A DNA stretch of 64,000 nt, taken from NCBI RefSeq assembly GCF_009914755.1, contig NC_060936.1; one strand, given 5' to 3'. Source of the stretch: the human T2T-CHM13v2.0 reference genome, Homo sapiens. Below the pieces are notes generated by a model. The model did no database searches, was not told where the DNA came from, and was given only the letters and a program-made list of their open reading frames with translations. Position 1 is the first letter of the stretch. The number at the start of each line of letters is the position of its first letter. Made by a program: the position numbers and the translations under genes. Below are positions 12,122 to 24,200 of this stretch, one piece after another.

Positions 12122-13906
12122 TTCTTGGGTTCTGCAACCTGCAAATACTGTATTTTTGACCCATGGTTGGTTGAATCTGCAGATGCAGAACCTGTGGTTA
12201 TGGTGGGCCAGCTATACTTAATTTACATAAGCACTTACTTTTCTTTAAGCCGATTAAATGGAGCTCTTTTATAAATTGTCTTTGGCAATACCATCCGGAT
12301 GTCGAAAAATATCACAAAAATGTAACACATGTACGTAAATATATAGGCAGATATAAACATCATATAGCTCTCATTCTAAAATTTTAGTCGTGTGCCAGGT
12401 CTAAATACAAAACTCACTTGTTTATTAAAAAAAAAAATAGCTAGATTCAAGTTGTGTATCTGGCCAGATGGCTACGCTTCTTATTGATGTTTATGAAAAA
12501 GACTGAAGATTTTTTATTTGCCAATTTCCAAATAGTTGTACCCCTGTTTTCCTCTTCTGATGAGTCATCTTCCCTAAATTTGCATGTCTAAAGGGATTGC
12601 TCTTAGGTTAGACTAGGTAGAGCATTTATATCTCAAAGGCACAGAGCTAAGGCTTCAGGCTTCAATACTGTCATTTACTGAAACAAGGAAAGACGAGTGT
12701 AGGTAAAGCCCCAGTTACAACAAGATGGCCAGGAAAAGCTTCTTAAATGCTTGGGTAAAGCTAGTTATATAGGTTTAAGTCATTGCCTTCTCCATTCTAA
12801 GAATTCCTAGTGATTCAGTCCTTCTCTCTCTGGTGCAGAGAGAGAGACAAATGATTTCTTTTATAGATGTAAATTTCCCTTACAAAACAGTCTAAAAATA
12901 ACTGGTTAAAAATAGTCCTTATGCCAGTAGGGCAGATTTTGGAGACTAATTTGGCTAGAAGGATCAAGAAGTCCTGGATCTTGTCCTCCAATGAGAATTC
13001 TGAATTCCTCAGCAAATTTCTGGGGGTTTTCCTTTGGGACAGAGAAAATTTTGCTTGATCTGAGCTCAAGATTTTGACCAAGGCATAAAGGTGGTTAAAG
13101 ATACAGACCTGGTTGATGTGTGGGCCTAACTTTATAAAGCATTTGTCTAGCTTTTCATCTTTGGGTTGGGAAGATAACTGAGCTAAAAGCTTAGTAGATA
13201 AAGAATAGGCAGAGGATGGGGTGGGGTGGTGGGGTCAGAGTTAAGTCAGTCAACATGTAATTAAAAAAAAAATCAACTGCTTAAGCTTTTCATTTGCCTT
13301 TTGTAGGGAGTCTTTGAGAGGCAATTTTTGAGTCTTTTAGGAGCTTCTTCTGCACACCAAAAAAAACCCCAAACAGAACTCTTGTTTCTGAGGTATTTTG
13401 GATCCTGTTTTTCTAATGTGCCTTGCAAATGAAATTTTATCACTGTGGCCCCTGTAACTCTTGAGTTACCTTTGGTAAGGTTCACTCATTTCTCTAAAAA
13501 AATCACAGGTTCTGAGCCCTTAGTTCTTAAACATAAAATTGGCTGACGTTCCAGATGGTTGGAGTTCTAGAGTCCTTGTCTGCAGATGAACCCATGATTC
13601 ACAGCCTTCTCAAACTTACCTAACTTACCTTATATAAGACTATATTGGGCCTCCTGCTAGACCCAATATAGTCTCTGTCATGACTTACAGGCCCAGTGTG
13701 GATCGGAAATGCTCATAGTCAAGAGAATTCAAAACAAGTAGTTAAGCTTGTACCTGAGAGGGACCTACCAATGGTGACCTCCAAATGCGCAGCAAAAAGT
13801 GATGAACTCAAGGGGCTCAGTGGGGGCACTTATGCCTGTTACTCATTGCTCCTGTGGGTTATCATTGGTGGGATCTCCTTCAGACCCTCATTTCTAACAC
13901 TAGAAC

Positions 13907-14247
13907 TATTAAAAGAAAAACTTTAGACAAAAGAAATTTAGCAGAGTTTATTTAAGCAAAGAATGATTTATGAATTGGGCAGCACTCAGAACCAGAAGAG
14001 GTTGAGAGAGTTCTGCTCTGAAGCATGTGGGCAGTGTACTTTTATAGCCTGAACACAGAAGTAAGATGAAGAAAATATATTTGGTTAGAGTGGCAAGATC
14101 CTAGCTAGAGGTTAGTTGATGGTTTCTGAGTGGTTGAGGTTAAGTTTCATTATCCTGTTTACATTGAATTGGGTTTTGATTTGCTTAACGTAGGAGCTCC
14201 ATTTTACAGAGCTCAGGCTAATGGCTTCTATCTGATTTGTTTTAATA
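13907..14247 (-). mobile_element. 5' LTR of the provirus
   Basis: tattaaaagaaaaactttagac...atgatttatgaattgggcagcactcagaacc...ggctaatggcttc...tttaata, next to the PBS-like site. Confidence 0.85.
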
Positions 14248-15610
14248 GTAGTCATATTTCCCATCTCAAGGTGTGGCTGAAGCACATGTTTATTGTCTGT
14301 AATAGCCAAGTAGAATGGTTGTGGGAAATTGTAGGTATCATTGTTTTAGCATTCACTCACACATATTCGTGTATATTCTCTCACTCCACTACAAGTAGAA
14401 GTTGTAGAAGTTAGAGTAGATGTTAAGTGAGAATCTGATATGACTACAGTATATGCTGAACATTCTGTCCATTGTGTTCATGGGGAAGCATGGTTTTTAC
14501 TCTCAAGGTTCCATATATTATAATAAATAAAAATGTCTTTAGCCTACTTTACCACATAATGTAACTACTTAAATTGTTATTTTACCAAGTAGTTTTGTTT
14601 TTGACTTGATGACATACTTAAGTGTCTCTGTTTCCTGAATGACTTTTCATCTGTGTCTGTTTTCTTCCAGAGGTAAAACCAAACATATATATCAGTTTTA
14701 AGCACATTTCTCATAAAGTCAATGATGGGAACTTCTTTAAATTCAGTTTATATGTTTGTTCTGGTCATTCTTCCACCTCTATATGTTGTCTGTATGTATA
14801 ATGCCCTTTTCCTTTTTTATCAGACCTCTGCTCTTTATTCCCATTCAGTGAATGGAGGGGAAACTACTACTATTTAAGTCTTACTCATTTTATTTCTCTG
14901 TGCGTTTGCTCTCTCCAGTTTTCTTATTTGCATACTGTTTTTATGCCACTCAAAACTAAAACTGGAGATAATCATTGAAGATGTTAAATACATATATTGT
15001 AATTTTGAATGTTACAAAGTAGAAGACCTATTGTATTTAATTGTATGTGAAATTTATATTTATTGCATTGCACATCTCCAAATGATGTGCACATTTGTGC
15101 ACATCACAAATCCCTTTTGGATCTCCAAATTCTTGTTTAGCACTATTCCTTCAGAATTGACTTTGTTATAATAAAGTTTTACTTGTATCTTTTAGTGTAA
15201 ATTTAGAGGAACTGTTATAGTCTCCAGTGTGTAACAGTTAATGTTTAAAATTTCTTCCTACAGTGAGCTGTCACCATGTTTAATAAATTATAGTATTCAT
15301 TAGCATAAATTACTTTGGGTGCCAAGTTAGCTATTGCACAGATGCTTTGTATTATTTATAGATTTGTATCTAACCTTTACAAGTTGACTTGCTTTTGTTT
15401 TTCTGTTCACTTGTCACCATGCAGTAGGCAGTAGCATAATTATTTAAGTAATAAAAATTACAAAAATAATTTTCAGGAAGAGATCTGTTGAAACTCCTAA
15501 GAGTTAGGTTGCTCAAACTTTTCTACCTTGAGCAATATAGTAAGATAAAGCTCCCATATTTTAAGTAGACATATTGCGTTGTCTTTATTTGAATCTGATC
15601 CTTGTATATT

Positions 15611-15939
15611 AGTGCCTCGGTATCCGTGGGGGATTTATTCCAGAACCCCCACAGATACTAAAATCCACAGATGCTCAAGTCCCTCATATAAAATTGTGTA
15701 GAATTTGCATATAACCCATGCACATCTTCCTGTATAATTTAAATCATCTTTAGATTACTTATAATACCTAATATGATGTTAATGCTATGTAAGTGGTTGT
15801 TATACTGTATTGTTTTTAAAATTTGTATTATTTTGTATTGTTATATTGTTAGCATTTGTTTTGTTTTTTTCCTCCCACGTATCTTTGATCTGAAGTTGGT
15901 TGAGTTCTTGAATGCAGAACACACGGATACAGAGGGCTA
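15611..15939. mobile_element. MER2 (Tigger MITE)
   Basis: cctcggtatccgtgggggat...gatgctcaagtccc...cacggatacagagggc. Confidence 0.88.
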
Positions 15940-16934
15940 TCACCACTACCTTTCTTCCCAACATTGTGGTAAACTACAGGGGTGTCTTTAGCTGACAAAT
16001 TAGATAGAGGCAGCACCTTAATTGTTTCCCTCTGGAGTTTTGAGCTGCCGGGACTTACTTTTGTCTTTGTGGGACGGGTGAAGCAGGCAATTCATTATTA
16101 ACTTTATAGTTTATCTTAGAGTAAATTGTTGATATTTACTTAACATCTAAGAGTCTTCTCTTAGATTAAACTTTTTTTGAATGAGGACTTCAGTTTTAGT
16201 TACTGATCAGATTCAGGAAGAATAATTCTATCAAACATTCTTTTTTGAGTTGTGGATGCTCTATAAAGATATCGGAATTCATCTTTGGAAGGAACAGACT
16301 GTCATTAAAGTCTTAAATGTCTATTTTGGTATTTTCTGGATTTGCTAATGATCTAACTTTCTAATTTAGTAATATTTTATTTAGATAAATGAAACCATGC
16401 TTATGAAATCATTGACAGATGAATCACCTCCAACTCAATAGGTTAAGCATTTTAGAAAATTTATGAATATTTTCAGACACATATTTTAAAAATTTCTAGA
16501 CACAAGATCTTATATTTTAGCTATTTTTCGATATGCTATGTTTCTGACAATTTTAGGAAAAATAAAATCTTATTTCTAATGTAAATTATATGAATTTCTA
16601 AAAATAAGGCTATATTAAACATCATTCTAAAACCAAAAAAAAATTGTTACATTACAATGAATCTTCTAGGTCTTTGCAAAAGAGAGGGAACTTTTCTTTT
16701 TCAGTTTTCAATTTATAAAGAGTTTAGATTGAATTATGAATAAAGCTGCTGTAAACATCCATGTGCAAGTTTTTTTTATGGACATAAAGTTGTCACCTCC
16801 TTTGAGTAAATACCAAAGAGCATGATTAATGGATCATGTGGGAAGATTATGTTTAGTTTTGTAAGAAGCCACCAAACTGTCTTCCAAAGTTGGCTGTACC
16901 ATTTTGCATTCCTACCAGTAATGAATGAGAGTTC

Positions 16935-17516
16935 TGAGGCAGGAGAATAGCGTCTGGAGGCAGGGAACCTAAGGCTGATTGACGCTGACTTCCTAGAACT
17001 GAATCAAAAGGAAAACCCCAACTTTCCATGCCCAGGTAACAAGGGAACAGAGGGGTTGGGGGTGCAACCCCTGCACCCCCAACCCCTCTGCCACCTTCTG
17101 CATTGCAGATGAGAAATGGAAAGTACCTTTGATTGGTCCGCTCCTGCAACTGATCAGACTGGTCACCGGCCTAGTCTTCATTTGCATAAAGATGTAACTT
17201 TGTGACTTAAGCCTCTGATTGGTCACTTTCCACCATCAATCAGACTGGTTGTGACCCACTACTTCATTTACATAGGGTGTAACCAGGTAACCAATGGGAA
17301 ACCTTTAGTGGGTATTTACACCCCAGAAAATTCTGTAACCAGTGCTCTTGAGCCACTTGCTCGAGCCTGCTCCCATTCTGTTGAGTGTACTTCTGGTTCA
17401 ATAAATCTGTGCTTTCGTTGCTTCATTCTTTTGTTGCTTTGTGTGTTTTGTCCAATTCTTTGTTCAAAACACCAAGAACCAGGATGACTCATAGTCAAGA
17501 CCTTCCACCAGTAATA
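16935..17516 (+). mobile_element. MER51 solo LTR (ERV1)
   Basis: tgaggcaggagaatagcgtctggaggcagggaacctaagg...; perfect TSD GTTC (16931-16934 / 17517-17520). Confidence 0.9.
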
Positions 17517-19039
17517 GTTCTACATCCTCACTGCATTCGTGATGTCAGTGTTCTGGTTTTTAGCCATTCTGATAGGTATGTAATGGTATCTCATTATTTT
17601 AATTTGCATTTCCCTGATAACGTATGATGTGGATCATCTTTTCTGTATACTTTCTTTGGTGAGATGTCTGTTAAGTTCTTTGGCCCATTTTTTAATAGGA
17701 TTTGTTTTCTTGAATTTTTTTCATCTATTTTGAATAGCAGTACTTTATCAGATATGTCTTGCAAATATTTCCTGACAGTCTATGGCTTCTCTTTTTATTC
17801 TCTTAACAGTGTCTTTTATGGAGCAGAAATTTTTTAATGTGAATGTCAGCTTATCACTTCTTTCATGGATTATGTGTTTGCTGTTGTATCTAAAAAGTCA
17901 TTGCCAAACCCTGGGTCATCTAGATTCTCTTTTATCTTCTAGGAGTTTTATAGTTTTGTGTTTGATATGTAGGTGTGTGATCCATTTTGACTTAAGTTTT
18001 GGGACGGGTATAAAATCTGTGCCTAGATTAATTTTTTTGCATGTGAGTATCCAGGTGTTTCAGAATTATTTGTTGAAAAAACTATCTTTGCTCCATTATA
18101 TTGCCTTTGTTCCTTTATCAAAGATCAGTTGACTGTATTTATATGGGTCTATTTCTGGGCTCTCTGTTCTGTTTCACTGATCTTTTTGTCTGTTCTTTTA
18201 CCAATACCACACTGTCTAGATTATTGTAACTTTAGATAAGTCTTGAAGTCAGACACTGTCAGTCTCCCACCTTTGTTCTTCAATATTGTGTTGGTTATTC
18301 TGGGTCTATTGCCTTTCCATATAAATAAACCTTAGAATCAGTTTAACAGTATCCCGAAAATAATCTGCTGGGATTTTGATTGGTATTGCATTGAATCTAT
18401 AGATCAAGTTGAGAAGAACTGACATGTAGAAAATATTGAGCTTTCTTATCCATGGACATGAACTATCTTTCAGTTTAATTAGTTCTTTTTGATATCTTTG
18501 ATCAGAGTTTTGTAGTTTTGCTCATGTAGATCTTGTACATGTTTTGTTAGATTTACCTATTTCATTTTGGGAGGATGCTAATGTAAATGGTATTGTGTTT
18601 TAAATTTTAAATTCCACTTGTTCCTTACTGGCATATAGCAAAGTAGTTGACTTTTGTCTATTAACCTTGCATCTTGCAACCTTGCTTATTAGTTCCAGGA
18701 GTTTTTTTTGATCAGTTCTTTTGGATTTTCTACATATATTGTCATATTATCTGTGAACAAAGTTTTATTTCTTCTTTCAACCTCTGTACTTTTTCTTTCT
18801 CTTCTTATTGCATTAGCTAGGACTTGCAGTATGATGTTGCAGTGCAGTGGTGAGAGAAGACAAGACATCCTTGCTTCATTGTTCATCTTAATGGGAATGC
18901 TTTGAGTTTCTCACCATTAAGCATGTGTAAACTGTAGGTGTTTCTATTTTTGTTTTGTATTCTTTATTAAGTTGAGGAAATTCCCTTGTATTCCTAGTTT
19001 ATTTTACTGAGAGTTTTTTTTGATGCGTGGGTATTGAAC

Positions 19040-19352
<313 letters not shown>

Positions 19353-20199
19353 TGACCTTTTGTCAGATGCTTTTTCTGCATTTGTTGATAAGATCATGTG
19401 ATTTTTTTTTTCTTTAGCCTGTTGATATGGACTACATTAATTTATTTTCAGATTGCACACCTGCAATAAATCCCACTTGGTTGTAATATACTGTTCTTGT
19501 TATACTATGTTGGATGGAATTTGCTATTTGCTGAAGACTTTTGCATCTGTATTCATGAGAGATATTGGTCTGAAGTTTTCGTGTAATGTCTTTGTCTAGT
19601 TTTGGTATTAGGGTAATGCTGAACTCATATCTACTTCTCTCTCCTGAAAGATATTGTAGAGAATTGGTATAAGTTTTTCTTTAAATCTTTGGAAGAATTC
19701 TCCATCTGGGCCTGGTGCTTTATATTTTGGAAGGTTATTACTTACTGATTCCGTTTCTTTAATAGGTATAGTCCTATTCAGGTTGTGTCTTCTGTGAGTT
19801 TTGACAGATTGTGTCTTTCGAGGAATTGGTCTGTTTCATCAAGGTTGTCAAATTTGTGGGCATAGAGTTGTTCACAGTATTCTTTTGTTATCCTTTTAAT
19901 ATCCATGGGATCCATAGTAATGTCCCCTTTTATTTCTGATATTAGTAATTTGTTTCCTCTCTTTCTTAGCTAGCCCACCTAAACGCTTGTTAATTTCATT
20001 AATATTTTCAAGGAACCAGCTTCTGGTTTCATTGATTTTTCTCTATAGATTTCCTGTTTTTTAATTTCATTGATTTCTGCTCTAATTCTTACTCTTTCTT
20101 ATGCTTACTTTGGATTTAATTTATTCTCTTCCTAATTTTCCAAGGTGGAAGCTTATAAATGATATTAGGTCTTTCTTTTCTAATTTATGCATTCATTAA

Positions 20200-20318
20200 G
20201 TCATTTATGCCTTAAGTTGCAATTTTTTGAATTTCTGCAATCAGGCCTTGGCAATGATCTTGTGCAGTAGGGTATGAATAACTCCCACATGCTTAGCGTT
20301 CCAATGAACACTAGACAT
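20200..20318 (-). mobile_element. MER85 piggyBac (PGBD3-family) MITE, one end damaged
   Basis: TTAA (20196-20199) then catttatgcct..gttgcaattttttgaattt..gcaatcag.ccttggc.atga.cttg.gcagtagg.tat.aataactcccacatgcttagcgttccaat, matching the MER85 consensus as I recall it. Confidence 0.88.
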
Positions 20319-21186
20319 TAATAAATTTCCCTCAAAAGCACTGCTTTTGCCACGTCCCACAAATTTTGGTACATTTTGTTTTCATTTAGTTCAAAATATT
20401 TTAAAGTGTCTCAAGATTTCTTTGTAAGTCCATATGTTATTTAGAAGTGTTGTTTAATCCCCAAGTATTTTGGGATTTTTGCATTTATCTTTCTGTTGAT
20501 TTCTTAATTCAGTTGCAGCCTGAGAGCAGACATTATATGACTTCTATTTTAAATTTGTTATGGCATGTTTTATGGCCCAGAATGTGGTCTGTCTTGGTGA
20601 ACATTCCATGTAAGCTTGTGAAGACTGTGTATTCTGTTGTTGTTTGATGAAGTAGTCTTTTGTTCATTATATCCAGTTAATTAATGATTTGTTGAGTTCA
20701 ACTATGCTTACTGACTTTCTGCCTGCTGGATCTGACCATTTCTGGTACAGCAGTGTTGAAGTCTCTATATTAGTGGATTCTTCCTTTTTTTCCTTTTATT
20801 TCTATCAGTTTTTGCCTCACATATTTTGATACTTTGTTGTTAGGTACATAAACATTAGATATTGTTATGTCTTCTTAGAGAATTGACCCCTTTGTCATTA
20901 TGTAATGCTCCTCTTTGTCACTGATAACTTTTCTTGCTTTCAATTTTGCAGTATCTGAAATTAATACAGCTACTCTTACTTTGTTTTATTAGTGTTAGCA
21001 TGGTATAACTTCCTCCATGTTTTTACTTTTAATCTATATGTGTCTTTACATTTGAGGTGGATTTCTTACAGACAACTTATACTTGGGTCTTGTTTTGTTA
21101 TCCACACTGATGTTTTAATTGGTGCATTTAAACTGTTGATGTTCAAAGTCAGACTTAATGTCATCAATAGCTTCTAAGAAACTCAC

Positions 21187-21804
21187 TTTTTTTTTTCATT
21201 TTTTTTTTTTTAAGTTCAGGGGTACTTGTGCAGGATGCACAGTTTTGTTACACAGATAAACGTGTGCCATGGTGATTTGCTGCGCTGATCATTCTGTCAC
21301 CCAGGTATTAAGGCCAGCATCCATTAGCTGTTTTTCCTGATGCTCTCCCTCACCCCACCCAACCCTCTGACAGGTCCCAGTGTGGGTTTTTCCCCTCCAT
21401 GTGCCTGTGTGTTCTCATCATTCAGCTCCCACTTATAAGTGAGAACATAGAGTATTTGGTTTTCTGTTCTCGTGTTAGTTTGCTGAGGATAATGGCCTCC
21501 AGCCCCATCCACGTCCCTGCAAAGGACATGATCTAGTTCCTTTTTATGGCTGATAGTGTTGCATGGTGTATATGTACCACATTTTCTTTATCCAGTCTAT
21601 CACTGATGGGCATTTAGGTTGATTCCATGTCTTTGCTATTGCGAATAGTGCTGCAGTGAATATATGTGTGCATATATCTTTATAATAGAATGATTTATAT
21701 TCCTTTGGGTATATTCAGTAATTGATTGGTGGGTCAAATGGTTGAACTAACTTACACTCCCACCAATAGTGTAAAAGCATTCCTTTTTCTCCACACCTCG
21801 CCAG
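21187..21804 (-). mobile_element. L1PA (approximately PA13-15) 3' fragment
   Basis: T-tail then gttcaggggtac.tgtgcagg...catccattagctg...ctcccacttataagtgagaaca. Confidence 0.88.
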
Positions 21805-21947
21805 AATATACTTCATAAGGACTTGTTGAAAAACCTGTGGTTAGAAGTCTTTCTTACAGCTTTTGTTACAGATATCTCAAACTGAGGGTACAATTATAAT
21901 GTGGAATTAGTGCTTGAGTAAATATAAGTAATTTCAGTTATAGTCTC

Positions 21948-22314
21948 TGTATTAGTCCATCCTCACACTGCTATAAAGAAATACCCAAGACTGGGTAATT
22001 TATAAAGGAAAGAGGTTTAATTGACTCACAGTTCTGCAAGGCTAGGAAGGCCTCAGGAAATTTGCAATCATGGCAGAAGGAGAAGCAGAAGCAAGTACCT
22101 TTTTCACAAGGTGAGGCGGCCGGAGAGAGAGAATGCAAATGGGGAAGAGCCACTTATAAAACCATCAGATCTCATGAGAACTCACTATCATGAGAACAGC
22201 ATGGGGGAAACTGCCTCCATGATCCAATCACCTCCCACCAGGTCCCTCCCTCAACACATGGGGATTACAATTTGAGATTAGATTTAGGTGGGGACACAGA
22301 GCCTAACCATATCA
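21948..22314 (-). mobile_element. THE1/MST MaLR solo LTR
   Basis: tgtattagtcc...gactgggtaatttataaaggaaagaggtttaattgactcacagttc...ccatatca; TSD gtctc/gtctg. Confidence 0.92.
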
Positions 22315-23964
22315 GTCTGATAACAGTTTTCTGCCCCCCTCAAGAATCTCCATTTTTATGGTGAGCAAGTGTGAGACTTTCAGATGATTACAAGGTTGAA
22401 AGAGACCATAATTTTTTTTTATCATATATAAAGAATAAGAACCAGCTAAGTAATAAGGATAATGGAAAACTTGATTCTGAGTTTTGACCTTTTACTTCCT
22501 TAGACACATTGTTTTCAGTTTTCTTTATAGTCTTAGTGCTTTGATAGCCATGTTTAAAGTTTTTATTTTTTACAAAATCAGTATGTACTTTCTGTTATTT
22601 TTAAAGAATAGTTTATTTGAAAACAGCATGGGATTTTTGCCTCTCAAACAAGGACAGGTGAAAATTGGGAGTTCTGTAGGAGAGCAGAAGTGGAGAGGCT
22701 TTTGTGTTCTTGCCCTTTCCCTTCTCTTTAACTGATTATCCCCATCTAGGTTTGTATCTCGAAATTCAGATCAATAGGTGGGATTACAATTGAAAGGTTA
22801 TTAATGAATACAAGGGTGGTGGTACAAGAGTTTACCTTAGGCAAGTTGTATGGAAGACAGTAATAGATAATTTTGTCCATAAAACTTTTCCTATTTTGAT
22901 TATGTAATCTCAATATTCATAATTTGTTAAGTATACATCAAGGGAACTGTTCCTGTCATCTAGAATGACCATCTATTTAATAAAGCCATGAAACAATTAG
23001 AGAACTTTCAGAAAACAAATGGGCATAATGCTATGTTGCAAAAACATGTCCTGCCTTGTTCACCCTGTCCATTTTTAGATTGGTCTGGATGATAGTGAAA
23101 TGCAGAAGTGTTTGCCACACAGGTGCAGTGTTTTGCAGCTGTTGGAAACATTCCCCCTCACCCACAACCCCTTTGCTTTCTTCACATAAAATTATGCTGT
23201 GCTTAGACCATTAATACTAGAAGATGGGATTTGAGAATTTGAATGTCTGTTTACATAAAGATGTAATACAGAGAAATAACTGCTCATTCAGGCATCTGAA
23301 TGTAACTGCCTAGATGAATTTATTAAAACTGTCCTTAAGGTCACACTAGCCTTAAGGTCATGGAGTTTTAGATACAAGAGACTGCCTTTAAAACTCCTGT
23401 CTGTAGAATTGCTGCCCTCCAGGACTGAACTGTCTTTGAGGACAGGGCTTATATATATTTATTTTTAAATCTCTTGTAACTAACATAACACCTGGACAAG
23501 TAGGCACTTTATATGTTTGCGAATATTTTATGTTGGAAGATGAAGCCAAATGAAAATATCTTTTAGTATGGTACTAAATCAGAAATTATAATTTTTTTAA
23601 ACTGATGCCATGTGGTACACTCTATAGTAGTCATGAACAGAGTGCCATGGCCTGAGAGAGAAGGGGAGAGTGAATAATCATGTCCATGGAAATCACGGGA
23701 TACTTTATATTTTTATGTATCACGGAAAATACTTCCCTAGACTACAATTGGAGAATTTGTTTTGAAGAGAATTTTTTTCCTCATCTAAGAGAAAATAATG
23801 TATTTTCCAACAGCAGTGTTTTCCCTCCATATCCCCATTTTTGTCATTTTTGATGCATTATATAATAACCAAATTAATGATTCAAAATTGGAAAGTTTTA
23901 GAGCATGCTTTCTTTATATAAAACCAATATTTTATTTTCTGTAGTTATTTCTATGATGAGAGTT

Positions 23965-24200
23965 ATGTATGCTTTGGAGTCAGACATAAATAGGTTTGAA
24001 TCTCATATTTTTTAATCCCAACTTACTAAATTGTTTACCTCAAGGAAGCAACTTAACCTCAACATGTCTCAATATTTCTGTCTGCAAAAATAGGGCTAAT
24101 ACCACTCTAAACGGTAGTGTTATGAGGATGAAATGAGGTACCTCTTGAGTATATGGCAGCAGCATTATTCCTGGCGCGTATTAGGAACTCAGTAAACATA
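23965..24200 (+). mobile_element. MIR
   Basis: gctttggagtcagac...ggtttgaatc...acttaacctc...ctcaatatttctgtctgcaaaaataggg...tgaggatgaaatgag. Confidence 0.7.

Larger units (their letters stand above)
11051..12214. mobile_element. MER8/MER2-type Tigger MITE split by LTR8A (pieces 11051-11160 and 12122-12214)
   Basis: ta|cagtc...ggttccatgacccc...ccaaaatctgaagatgctcaag; resumes after the LTR with gggttctgcaacctgcaaatactg...gggccagcta|ta. Confidence 0.8.
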
